A model generated the notes under the pieces. The model ran no database searches. It was not told the origin of the DNA and saw only the letters and a program-made list of their open reading frames with translations. A program made the position numbers and the translations under genes. DNA of 58,616 bases, counting the filler, from Diploschistes diacapsis (lineage: Eukaryota), in NCBI GenBank assembly GCA_023645945.1. It is 5 parts of 5 records of this genome, joined end to end, with 100 filler letters (N's around TTAATTAATTAA, not from the genome) between each part and the next. Parts side by side here need not be neighbours in the genome. Positions count along the whole stretch, not along the records: positions 1 to 11,682 come from JALAIB010000811.1; 4 more parts are not named here. One strand, written 5' to 3'. Each line of letters starts with the position of its first letter. The first letter of the stretch is position 1. Positions 1-11,782 of the stretch are shown here, in pieces.

Positions 1-3000
1 CGCCTAAATTGCCTCTCCACCACCTCAGCCGCCGGCCCGCACACCACAACCCTCCCCCTATCTAGCACAACCGCCCAGCTCGCCTCCCTCACCGCCTCGA
101 CCCTGTGCGCTACCATAATCACCGTGCTCTGCGCCAGTTCCTCCCTCAGCACGCGCTGCACCTCGAGCGCCGTCTGCGCGTCGATGCTGGCCGTCGCCTC
201 GTCGAGCACGACGATCGGGCTGCGCCGCAGGACCGCGCGGCCGAGGCCGATGAGCTGGCGCTGGCCCTGGGAGAGGTTCTTGCCGCCTGTGGAGATGGGA
301 GTGGTTAGGGTGAAGGAGGGCGGTGCGTTGGCGTCGGTGCTGGTACGGATGTGGGTGGAGGGGCCGGAAGAGGTCGTTGCGAAGATGCGGGTTAGGACCG
401 AGAGGCATTCGCCGTCCGAGTATTCTTCGTTCGGGTCGAGGTTCTGGCGTAGTGTGCCGGGGAAGAGCACGGGGTCTTGGGCGACGAAGGTTATGCGCTG
501 GCGGAGCGCGTGGACGTTGACTTTCGAGAGGTCCATTGAGCCGATACTAATGGTTCCGTCGGGCTCGGGAAGAAAGGTCGCGAGAAGGGCAAGGGCCAAA
601 GTGCTCTTTCCCGAGCCCGTTCGGCCTATGATGGCAGTCGTGGAGCCGCCGGGGATGCGGAAGGAGACTTCGGATAATGCTGGGTCGAGGTGCGGTGCGT
701 ACTTGATTGTCACGTTATCGAAGACTATATCGTCCTTTAACGAGGGCCAGGAAGCTGGAGGGTCGACAACACCGGTAGGTTCCTGCTCCAACTCCAACAG
801 CTCAATGACCCGCTCTACGCTGACGAAATCCATTTGCAGTTGCCCATACTGCTTGCACAGAAGGTGCGTGTTTTGCACGACTGTCAGAGGCCGTTAGCTT
901 CTTATTAGTATGTTGAGATTACAAACTTACAGGTAGCGGCTGTGGTGAGAACAAAGGCTGTCAACCCTTGCGAGAGGTTGTCGTAAAGAGCGAGCAGCGT
1001 TAGTAAGAATGTGGAAATGGCAGACAGTGAATCGAAACGATACATCAGCCAAGCCTGTAAGCTCCAATAGAAATGATCCATCTTCTGGAAAGTATCTGTT
1101 ACGGTGATTACCCGATCTTGAAACTGCGTTTGGGCGCGGAAGGCTCTAACGGTAGTGAGACCTTCCAGAAGCGTTCCAAAGTTGGAAAGCAACGGGCTTA
1201 AAGACACCATCTCAAGCCGTCTCAAGCTTTGCGACGTAGGTAGAAACCACATGAAGATCCGGACAAAAAGAGCAGTAAGAGCAACGGTGAAAACGAGAAA
1301 TAGCGGTGTTGTCGAGGCTATGACAGTGACCGCAGATACCCACGATATTGAAGCCCAGCCAACAGCCTGCAGTTGCCTGCTAATGTTCCCATCCAACGTG
1401 CCAAAATCGGATGTAAGACGATTCATCAGACGCCCAACCGGGGTGGTATCATAGAATCTGAAAGTGGCATTGCTGACCCGGTCCAGGACGTCTTTGAAGA
1501 GGTGCTTTCCCGCCATATAAATGATAACGAGCATCAAGCATTCTTGGAGGCTGAAGGTTACGGCAAGAAGCATAGCAATGACGAGGAAGCTTATCACCCA
1601 AGGTCGAACATTTACTTCTGGGGAGGGTAAGCGGTCAAAGATGAAGCCCAGCGCAGAAGATTCCTGGGGTTGCCCATAGGCCTCGCCCCAAGACTTGAGG
1701 AACCAGGTGTTTGAAAGACGAATCAAGCGGACTGACACGATCGCAAGAACTAAAGCAAACCACCACCGCAAGTCACCAGCTTTCACAAATTGCCAATATA
1801 CAGATGCCACAACGCCGCCTTTGACTCTGTGCTCTTCCTCGGTAAATGTCTCCGGTATGGCATTTGCTCGTTCGTCGATCGATTCTTGAGTCGGCATCTC
1901 ACCATAAGATTCCGGTGATGTGCCGCGCATGCCATGCTCATAAGAGGTAAAGGAACTCTTATCGAGCTGATGCGCTGTGCGTTCATGAATCTCAACGATC
2001 TGGCTCGCTAGATGCGCGCAAAGATCCATGCGGTGGGTAACTAGGACGACCGTTCTGTTGTGCATCAAGGGCCCGCCAAAGAGCCTGCACACAATCGACG
2101 TGGCGGTTCCATGATCGAGGGCAGCTAGCGGATCATCGAGCAGCAATACTCGAGCCTTACTGTATACAGCTCTTGCGAGAGCAACACGTGCCTTCTGGCC
2201 GCCTGAGAGGCCAATGCCATTCTCGCCAATATTTGATAGATCGCCATGTTTGAAATGGGCGAAGTCTGAGATTAGTGCACAGGCGTCCAGTGTTTGTTTA
2301 TAGCGTTGCTCGTCGAAGGGAGCCGAGAATAAGATGTTGTCTCTAATGCTCATGCTTTGCAGCCACGGTGACTGAGAACAATAGCCTACCATGTTGTCAG
2401 GAAGTGTTACTCCACCGTTGCGCTTGTCCAGCTCCCCAAGCGCAGCTTGTAAGAGAGCGCTCTTTCCGCATCCTACCCTTCCACAAACGAGATTGAGGCC
2501 AGTCGAAAAGGTAACATTGATGTCTTCCAAAACGATATCAGCAACGCCGGGCCATGCGAAAGATGCATGTTTGAAAGTCAAGTCTGCTACAGACCTTGTA
2601 TTCTGTATTGAATCCTCTTTGTTTGGCTCGCTCATGAAGTCTTCGATTCGACCGAGAGCCACATTGGCATTGAGAAGTACCCTGATCAGGTTTGGGAGTT
2701 CTCTGAGATTGGCGTCAAGCATATTGAACAGTTGAATTGCAGGGAATGCAACATCAATGGTGAGCGGTCGTCCTGCAACCAGTGTATAAGCAGCAAAAGC
2801 AACGACCGGAAAGAGACCGCCAGCAAGTGAGTTCGTGAACGCAATTGCAACGTTCCATAAGCCTGTCACAAAACGAAGACTTAGCTCATGTTGCCGAGAG
2901 TCAAGGATCTTGTTCTGCCAAGGGGTCTGCCAATCATACCAGCGGAGATGCCGGATTGCCTCTATGAACTGCGAAGACACCTGGAGACGCACGTCTGTGG

Positions 3001-4659
3001 CCGTCCTTCGCACACGTTCCAGTCGGAGTAGAATCCGAATAAACGCTCCATTCAATAGCTGGGCTGCTACAACAGTAGATACGCCAATCAAACAAGGCCA
3101 TCCAATAAGTTTCCACACAAGAGCTACTGACAGAATCAGGTTGAGAGGCTTGGTGATGATATTTTGGACTTCCCAGAACCTCTGCGCTACTTCGTAGACA
3201 TCGTTTCTGAGCAGGTTGAGTATTTTCCCCATTGAAGCTCGAGATTGTTTCTTTGCAGACTCTGGCTTTGTAGGAAAGAAGCGCTTAAGCCCGTCTAGTC
3301 TCAAGAAGCGCGTGAGCCGAGAATGCGAAGACTCCAAGGCATGGTCAGTTTTAGCCCCTAATCCATTGGCTACATCAGTATCTGAGGCAGAAGCTTGTGA
3401 TTCACCCACGGACTCCCCAGAGCCAAAAGCTTTCCGAGACAATGCTTTCTCGAAGACCATTGTGACCATTTCACCGCGCGACCTTTCGTAACAACGCCGG
3501 CAGAACCATAGAGAGAAAACACTAGATTGTGCAGCAATGAGGCGGACGGTGAGAATCAACCCAGCATAAGTGATGGCTGCCGTCTTAGGTGCATGCTGAT
3601 CCTCAATCGAGCGGAGGAGCTGCTGTAGTAAGACAGGTCCGGAGATCTCTGGATTGACACGTGAGATATGCGTTAAATCCAGGAAGCGACAACATACTGG
3701 CCAACAATTCAAGGATTCCTAAGAAGCTCGTTATGATGAGATCTATCGCATTTGCTTGCAACAAACGAGTCAAGACCGAGCCCTTGATATCGCGAAACAG
3801 GTCATGCAGGCGACTATGCTGGAATTCATAGGGTAGTAGCCACACGTCTTCATCATTCAGTTGTTTCTTGCTTCCCACTGAAATCAAAGGAGCCATCCAT
3901 GCTACCGTCATAAATTGCCAGAGAGTCATGTTATCTTCAGGAGAGCGAAGATGGTATGTGGGAGGCTTGAACGGACCGCAAACATCGCTGGCTCCGAGGT
4001 CTGGATTTCTCATTGGCATTAATACGATGGTCAAGAGGGCTATGATAATTGCACATAATTCCACGATAGATGAAGAAAGAACGGACGCTCGCAACGAGGC
4101 GTTGCCAAACAATTCTATAGACTGGCATATCAACATAGCAAGACACAGTGGGAGTAAGAGAACCGGTGTCGACCTTGGTCTCTTGATCGATATGATCAGA
4201 CCTACGATTATCTAATTAATCATGTTAACACAGACAATGGTAACCGTATTTCAGCCGGTTGTCTTACCCATGATAGGAGGGAAAGTACTTCAAGGATAGC
4301 ACCAGCGTAACGAATCACAGACACGGTCCTAGCCCCAAGACCAAGGAGAGTAAGGAGAAAAAGGGCAGCTGTCGAGTGATTCCAGGTTTTGCTACGGCTG
4401 CCGGTGTCATCAACCTGCTTACCCTCTTCAGCAGCGAACTTCTGAAGGAATAAAGGTTTCGACGAGAAAAGGGAGTCTAGAGCATAGTAGACTAGAATTA
4501 ACGCCCCAACTGAAGGTGGGATAATAGAGAGGTATGGAAGGCATGCTGGGCTAATATGAGCCTTGACTGGATCCTTCAGAATCATCAGTTTAAGGAACAT
4601 GAGCAGGAGCTATAGTACAATACCCAGAATGCTTTACACACATCCGAATTACTCTTCAT
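1..4659 (-). CDS. ABCC/MRP-type ABC transporter, multi-exon, 3' end runs off the window
   Basis: NBD1 Walker A GRVGCGKS, signature LSGGQKARVALARA, Walker B LLLDD. NBD2 in the last exon (1-~880) has GRTGSGKS, LSQGQRQL, VLDEATASID. Two TM domains. First exon MKSNSDVCKAFW (ATG 4659) splices to DPVKAHISPAC. Confidence 0.93.
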
Positions 4660-5676
4660 GAGATATTGATCCGTCCTCTCGGAATGAAACATGACTCTCG
4701 TAGAAGTTAACCAAAGGTAATGTTGAGTGAACTGACTTTCGTCAATGGAGCTCAGAAAGTTTGTATAGTATTGGTGTTCAAGATTTCGAGAACCGCGATG
4801 TGCTACTAAGAGACAAGTCCAGGCCGCGCGTTGATGATCTGAAGTTCAATCACAACGGAAATATAAGAGTTCAAGGGAGGGTACCCAGGATTCTAGATTT
4901 ATATTATCATCGACCTGAAGCTTTCTTTCCGACATCTTGTGTGGGCATTTAATAGTAGAAGAAGCAGCGTCGGGTGTGCCAATTATTGTTGATATTGCTT
5001 AACCGAGCCGGCGCCACAATAGGAAAACTTTAAGATGGGATGCGTGTCTCATTCGAGAACTCGTCATGAATTCAACCCTTTTTCACACTTTTTCTGGATT
5101 ACCTATTCGATGAATTATAGGGTGAGGAGATGTGAAGCCATGCAGTCACGTAGTAGTAGTAGGCTCGGGGAGCCGAGGGTGTTTAGAGCGAACGCTGCGA
5201 CAACCGCTATAGGCACGCTTATCGTCTCCCCCAGTACCTACTTAACCCGCTGCAGATTTACCAACAACACAGAAGCATTTAGACGCAAGTATTCTAGTCG
5301 GGTATCTTATCGTATAATACTACAAAAAGGCAGGTACGAGGACACTCGCCCACCATCATGGTTATTGGGGATTTTGCAGCTTTGCATGACAACAGGTCTG
5401 AAATGTTCCCGCCGTCACGCATAGTATCCAGTACACGCCCGATGGCAATGCATTGCGATGCGCCTGGCGTTTCAAGTTGGAACGAATCGCCGGCGAGCAT
5501 CCTATGCATAAGAACTGGCATGTGCGGACATCTAGTGTAGGAGGCAATGGGTCTTAACAGTCGCTTTATAATAGGAAGGGTTAATGCTCTTTCCTTTCCC
5601 ATGTTTGCTGGGTTTTCGAAAGCATCTGCGTATCCTACTGTTATTTTGAATTAGGAAAATACATTCAGTGTTCATC

Positions 5677-6786
5677 ATGGTGTATCTTTCGCGCAGCAGT
5701 ACCGTGAGCTCGGAAGAAGAGTTGCAGCTGGCTTTGCCTCCGTACATTCGGGCTCTGACGGTGTCGCAACGGAAGAGTCTTGAAGAAATGAAGGTGCTGT
5801 GCAGACAAAACAACGTATACTGGAACATGAGCATGGGCGATCAAGGAAGAAGTTTAGAAAAACGCAACGACAACGTGACATTTCTCCGCTACCTGAAAGG
5901 GCGGGACTGGAACGCCGCAGCCGCCTTCAAGCAGTACACAGCTACTGTTTCCTGGCGGCGGAAAATACAACTCGAGCACATGTACCGTACAGCCGACATC
6001 GAGCACTTCGAAACCATATCCCGAATGATGCCCCAATGGACGGGGCGGAGATCGCGAGGGGGGATCCCACTATTCGTGTACAGCGTCGCCAAGATCCGGC
6101 CCGAGGACCTCCTACGCACAAGTGCCAGCGATCCCACCCTCTCCAGCGTCTTCCTTCCCGCGGAATACTCTAGCCAGTTTGTGCAGCCGCTATGCGCCAA
6201 GATGCATCCCGACGGCGCCATGCCATGCTTAATGCACATTATCGACCTTACCGGCGTGGGCGTGCGGCACTTCTGGAACCTCAGGGCCCACCTGCAAAAG
6301 GCCGCGGGGATAGCTACAAGCCATTATCCGGAAAGCGTGGACCGCATATTTATCGTCGGGGCCCCGTCGTTTTTCCCGACCATCTGGGGTTACATCACGA
6401 AATGGTTCGACAGGGCAATTACGTCAAAGATCTCGGTGCTGCCGGCTGCGAAATGCCAACAGGTGCTTACCAGTCACGTCTATCCAGAGGATCTACCCAG
6501 GTGCTTCGGCGGTACGTTGGATTGGGAGTACGGAATGCATCCGAACGTGGATAGAGAGACCAGAGCTTTGCTCGGCGATTTCGGGGAACAGTGGGTGGAG
6601 GGCCCGTTGCAGTATGTGCTCGAGGAGGACAGCGAAACGATAGTGCCTGGCGAGCAGATCCTAGCGGTCGGCTCGGAAAGAGACAAACAGGTTAGAAACA
6701 CGGTGGTGGCAAGCTTGGCACCTGCTCGGCGGCTTTCGGATGAGTGCTCGATAGAGCGGTTATTAGAAAGGACAAGTTTCTGTTAG
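5677..6786 (+). CDS. Sec14/CRAL-TRIO lipid-binding domain protein, intronless
   Basis: FLRYLKGRDWN (CRAL-TRIO N), IIDLTGVG, HYPESVDRIFIVGAPSFFPTIWGYITKWFD, LPRCFGG. ATG at 5677. Confidence 0.9.
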   Translation: MVYLSRSSTVSSEEELQLALPPYIRALTVSQRKSLEEMKVLCRQNNVYWNMSMGDQGRSLEKRNDNVTFLRYLKGRDWNAAAAFKQYTATVSWRRKIQLEHMYRTADIEHFETISRMMPQWTGRRSRGGIPLFVYSVAKIRPEDLLRTSASDPTLSSVFLPAEYSSQFVQPLCAKMHPDGAMPCLMHIIDLTGVGVRHFWNLRAHLQKAAGIATSHYPESVDRIFIVGAPSFFPTIWGYITKWFDRAITSKISVLPAAKCQQVLTSHVYPEDLPRCFGGTLDWEYGMHPNVDRETRALLGDFGEQWVEGPLQYVLEEDSETIVPGEQILAVGSERDKQVRNTVVASLAPARRLSDECSIERLLERTSFC

Positions 6787-6924
6787 TAGGAAGGCACGCA
6801 AAGACATTAAGTCTGAATTTACTTAGGAATTAGCGTGGCGCTTGGGACGCTCGGAACGTACAGTAATAATATCAACGGTTTACTCTGGATACCGAAAAAT
6901 GCCTCCAAAGATTGTAATGGCCTG

Positions 6925-7855
6925 TTAGTGAGTCAGGGTGGCTGTACTTTCGGCTGTACTTTCTTCAGGATCCCTCAGAAACTTGACTGAGAATTCAATC
7001 TTCATCTGACCATTTGCGAAGTTCCACGGTCTTCGCCAGAAGCTCGATTTGTAAGCTGCTCGAATACGAAAGATCAACAGCACAAAGTGAGTAATCCTGT
7101 GTGATATTAGCTAATCTTTTCCCATAGCTACCCATAGGTAAGAATCTGGACCGGACGGAGCGGACCCGATTACCACGGCGGCAGCAGCAGCACAGCCACC
7201 AAGCACCCTACCGGCGATATCTAGCGGCCCACAGCGGTAGTAAGGATAACCGCCGCACCGGGACCACTGGAGCATGTCGAAACAAGAACCACCGGTGGCT
7301 GCACCGTAGCAGCCAAGAAGAAGATCAAAGATCACGTTGAGCAGTCTAGGTAGCTCAGCGTTGTGCTGGCGTATTTGCTTGAGGTTGAAGGATGAGATGA
7401 CAAGAGCGAAGAAAGCCTATGCGAGGAGTTAGTTTGAATGTCGAGGTTGTGAAAAGCCGCTCGGTTGAAGCTAGCACCACTCGAGGATGAAGTATATAGC
7501 ACCTCCGTCGCGCCACAGGGAACGAAGGGATTCGTACCGTCCAACCTATCGGATAAAGCCGATAGCTATAGCCCGACACTTCAATCACCAAGTAAAGGAT
7601 TGTTGCTGCGATAGATATAACCAACGCTACGATGGCAGATAACAGAGAGACTGTAGTGAGTCTTCTAATCCATACAAACGATCGGCTTGGGGCTGCAGAA
7701 GCACTTTCGACACCAGCATTACGTCTGTGAGAGCTCTGTGGGGGAACTTCGTCCTCATTCCTGAGGAGCGGAGTAGTCTCTGAAGCCGCTGCCTCTGGGT
7801 TTGCCTCGATATCTGAAGCCTGGATAGGCGTTTGTTGCGGAGACGACTGGGGCAT
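6925..7855 (-). CDS. Hypothetical ~4-TM membrane protein, 3 exons
   Basis: Manual splicing gives MPQSSP..ETTPLL..TM1 / AFFALVISSFNL..AAAAAVVIG / ITHFVLLIFRI..TLTH*. Branch points CTAAC and GCTAAT precede the AG acceptors. Confidence 0.65.
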
Positions 7856-8364
7856 AATGCAGGTAAAGCTCACGCCAGACGAAAACGGAGATAGAAGACG
7901 AAGAAGATTGTTTGTCAAAGTAGAAAGCAACTGAAAAGCTTCTTTGTGGGATATAGCGGTTCTCCAACATGGGACATATACGTGGCCTTTCGTACACAGC
8001 CTGGTGCAGCCATATTGGTTCCTCTCGTGCCAGCCTCTGTCTGCTTGGTCAAGCACGCCAAGACCGGGGCTCAGCCCCATTCCGCACTGGGTTGGAAATC
8101 CCCCATTCACAGCACAGTGAGTTTGACGATGGCTTCTGAGTGTCCTTAAGAACGGTACACTGCTGTGTCTATACCTACCGAGTCCTCCCAGTGAGGGGAA
8201 TGATAACACAGAATCGTAAGGCAGGCTTGGTTGTAAGTATGATACTGGTGCTTGAACGACCAACAGCTGAGGAAGTAGATATATATCTAGAATAGTACGG
8301 CGCCACAGAGGTAGGGGGTCTTTTGTCCTACAACCTCTGACTGAAAGATACAAAGTGACCCCCA

Positions 8365-8563
8365 GAATAAAAGGTTAGCGCCAATTAGTGCGACACCATA
8401 TAAGCAGTGATGCTTTGAAGTAATATTCCCCGATATCCCTACTTAAACAGGTTAATAGAGCGTTGGAACTCTCCCGAGATTAACGAATCAAATAAAAAGT
8501 TTTCAAAAAGTTAATACTAAGGGTTTATGTGGCGCCGATTAGCTCGGTGCTAACCTTTGTTTC
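8365..8563. mobile_element. MITE-like element with ~40 bp degenerate terminal inverted repeats
   Basis: 8365-8405 (GAATAAAAGGTTAGCGCC..ATATAAGC) is approximately the reverse complement of 8523-8563 (GTTTATGTGGCGCC..GGTGCTAACCTTTGTTTC). AT-rich interior. Confidence 0.5.
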
Positions 8564-8570
8564 AGTACCT

Positions 8571-8788
8571 CGGACTAACTAGCACGCCGGCTGGCGCTAG
8601 CTTGAAACTAAACCCCTTTGGGGTAACCGTTCAACGCTAAGCCCTTTCGGATCACACTGATAACATGCTGTCAGGCTCTATAGTCAGAAGACGGAAGGGC
8701 GTATTTCAGTAATTACGTTGGAAACCACTAAACAATCCGTAAACAGCCGATTTAAACAATTATAAAACTTAAAACTTTTAATATAAGG
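8571..8788. repeat. Dispersed hairpin-rich repeat, copy 1
   Basis: Aligns by eye to the reverse complement of 42368-42586 (CTGATAACATGCT..CAGGCTCTA..CGGAAGGGCGTATTTCA..AATTACG..ACAGCCGATTTAAACA..AAAACTTTTAA). Confidence 0.8.
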
Positions 8789-9209
8789 AAATCCTTTGCC
8801 ATTTGTCTATTGAATGGACCAAATATTAAAAGATATTGTACGTAAAATAAATCTCCGAATTCCGCGTCCATCGAATACGATTCGATTTTGATTCAAAATC
8901 TTGATTTTCGCGTAGCTTTTTTTTGAAGCATTTCACACGCGATAAGGACAGGGGCGACAGGTGAGCGTTATGGTTGGTGGAGGACATCTCCGGGTCTTTC
9001 GCTTCTCTAGGTTTAGCTTGTGGACGATAACGAGATGGTTAGTGTCTGTTTATCTCCGCAAGCGAATGGGCAAATTCGCCTCTCCAATGGGGACCGATGA
9101 TCAGCTCTACTAACCAACGGGCTCGAGCGAGGGCGTAGCTTTGCTGTATATCAGTCATGGCCTACCACCTCTCCCTCCAGCTTTCACTGCGACAGACTCG
9201 GGCTTCACC

Positions 9210-11176
9210 ATGCATTCGCTGTCCATCGCTGCGGCAGCTCTGCTGACTATCGGCGGAGTGTCTTCAACACCATTACAAAACCCGCACGTCTATGCTGTGA
9301 AGGATTCCCATCCGGTTCCCAAGGCCTACACCAAGGTCGGTCCAGCTCCGGCAACGACCACTTTGAACCTTCAGATTGGGCTCAAGCAGGCCAATTTTGA
9401 TGAGCTAGAGCGTCAGCTTTACGACGGTACGTCCTACCCTTAAATGCGTATCATCAATACTGAGTTGTTGTAGTATCGGATCCAGATAGCGACAACTACG
9501 GTAACCATCTGTCGATTGACCAAGTCAACAAGCTCGTCGCGCCTAAAGATGACACTGTGAGCGCCGTCGAATCTTGGCTGGCCTCTCATGGAGTCGCAAA
9601 GGATCAACTGAGCTACAATGCAGCGGGAGATTGGGTCAAGGTCTCTCTGCCCGTTGATAAAGTCGAAAGTCTTCTCGACACCAAATACTCCACATATCAA
9701 CATACGGATGGATCAAAGCTTGTCCGGACATCACATTACTCCTTGCCCAAGAGTCTCCACAACCACGTCGAGCTAGTTGTACCGACAACCTCGTTCGTGA
9801 CCACGAAGAGAGCCAAGAGCAGCTTCACTCCACGCTCCGTACAACAGAGAGACGTGCCGTCCGCATCAATGCACTCCAAGATTCGGAGTATCCCAATCGA
9901 TACGGCTACTGGTCAAATCGCTTCAATTGGTGCTGTGAACGTTTCTGGCGTTTGCAATGCGACCCATGTTACTCCAACCTGCCTGCGGACCGTTTATCAG
10001 ACGATCAATTACAAGCCACAGGTCCCCGGGAAGAACAAGGTCGCTTTGACGGATTATCTAGGCGAGGTACGTTCTGACCGAGGTCAATTATTTGTGACAC
10101 TTTGTTGACTGAATCCATAGTCAAACAATCGAACGGACGCCAAGCTCTTCCTCCAAAAGTACCGACCCGATGCTGTCTCAGAAGCCAGCTCCTTCCAGTT
10201 CGAAGTCATAGCCAATGGAAGCGACTCACAGGCCTTCACGACTGAGTACGACGTTGAGGGCAATCTGGATGTGCAGACCATCATTGGTATCGACTACCCG
10301 ACCCCTCTTACGGCCTTTACTACTGGCGGATTGGCAAGCTCGTTCAAGCCAGATTCAGAGACGCCAACCGATCAGAATGAACCCTACACCACGTGGCTCG
10401 AAAAGGTCCTGAGCCAACAAGATCTTCCGCAGACAATCTCCAATAGCTACGCTGACAATGAGCAAACCGTTCCACCTGCTTTCGCCGAACGCGTGTGCAA
10501 AGGGTTCGCCCAGCTTGGGGCTCGTGGAATCACCGTCCTCTTTGGAAGCGGAGACTCCGGTGTGGGAGGTGTACATGAGGATACCCCGGCGCAGTGCATG
10601 TCCAACAACGGCACCAACTCAACCACTTTCCTCGCTTGCTTCCCAGCTTCGTGCCCCTATGTGACTACCGTTGGAGCCACCAAGAACTTCAACCCAGAAG
10701 TCGTCGCTGTTGACAACTCGATCGGCTATGCTTCCGGTGGTGGATTCAGCAACTACTTTGCCCGCCCCTCGTACCAGGCGGATGTCGTTGACGCCTATGT
10801 GCAGAGCTTGGGCAGTAAATACGCTGGGCTCTACAACACGACCGGCCGTGGTTACCCTGACGTGGCCGCTCAGGGATTTGACTACGCAATCTTCTGGGAG
10901 GAGCGCGAAATTTCTGTCGATGGCACAAGTGCCGCCACTCCTACCTTTTCCGCCGTTGTGTCTCTGCTCAACGATGCCCTTTTGGCGGCTGGAAAGCCAA
11001 CACTGGGTTTCCTCAACCCGTGGCTGTACAAGAAGGGCTACAAGGGTCTCACGGATGTCACGTCCGGCAGTGCAGTTGGATGTGGGGTTGCTGGCTTCCC
11101 AGCCAAGAAAGGTTGGGATGCCGTGACAGGCTTCGGAACGCCGCTCTTCACAAAACTGAAGGCGCTTGCTCTGTGA
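9210..11176 (+). CDS. Secreted tripeptidyl-peptidase / sedolisin (peptidase S53), 3 exons
   Basis: Signal peptide and pro-domain. Catalytic motifs EGNLD, SGDSG and DGTSA, plus GRGYPDVAA and Ca-binding GWDAVTGFGTP. Introns at ~9428-9474 and ~10067-10120. Confidence 0.95.
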
Positions 11177-11451
11177 GCGGTCGTTTTGATTGCAAACTGT
11201 GTACATCGAAAGGTGTATATATACATATATGGATGGGACGAGTGTAAGCTGAGGCATCTGATACAAGTTCTCTGTAATACAATGTACATTATCAAAGCCC
11301 TCGCCAGAGACCCCGAGCAAAGCCGAATGAGCAGAAGGGCAACGTGACTGCCAGCTCGACACACAACCATGAGTCATTAATAGGCTCGAAGCCCCTCCTA
11401 ACCATTCGTAGCATTTTCTCATCATCGCCCTCCCCCAAAAAACCCCATCAA

Positions 11452-11658
11452 TCACTCCTCCCAGTAAACCGTCATAACCCCCTGCGCATGCGGCCCCACG
11501 ACCTTCTTCACGTCCTTGTGCGCCTCGCACTCCTCGTCGTAGAAGCGCATGTCGTCCAGGCTCGCGAACGCCGTGCGCGCGACGAAGGTGAAGCCCTGCG
11601 AGCGCTGGTCCGGGAGCAGCGGGTTGGCCGCGACGGAGACGATGTAGGGCTCTCCGTC
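11452..11658 (-). CDS. Stress-responsive A/B barrel (Dabb) protein, last exon only
   Basis: DGEPYIVSVAANPLLPDQRSQGFTFVARTAFASLDDMRFYDEECEAHKDVK..VYWEE*. The 5' part is lost at the contig end. Confidence 0.85.
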   Translation of the reverse strand, partial: DGEPYIVSVAANPLLPDQRSQGFTFVARTAFASLDDMRFYDEECEAHKDVKKVVGPHAQGVMTVYWEE

Positions 11659-11682
11659 CTTTTGATGCGGGGGGGAAGGGTT

Positions 11683-11782
11683 NNNNNNNNNNNNNNNNNN
11701 NNNNNNNNNNNNNNNNNNNNNNNNNNTTAATTAATTAANNNNNNNNNNNNNNNNNNNNNNNNNNNNNNNNNNNNNNNNNNNN
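11683..11782. other. Artificial contig linker
   Basis: N44-TTAATTAATTAA-N44, which places stops in all six frames. Confidence 0.98.

Noticed and set aside
58..897. ORFs 58-408 (-) and 124-897 (+)
   Set aside because: Off-frame or antisense shadows of the GC-rich last ABC exon.
5035..5602. Short ORFs between the ABC and Sec14 genes
   Set aside because: No motifs or protein-like composition; divergent promoter region.
11727..11738. TTAATTAATTAA recurring every ~11.7 kb as a periodic repeat or array
   Set aside because: Embedded in N runs; an assembly linker.
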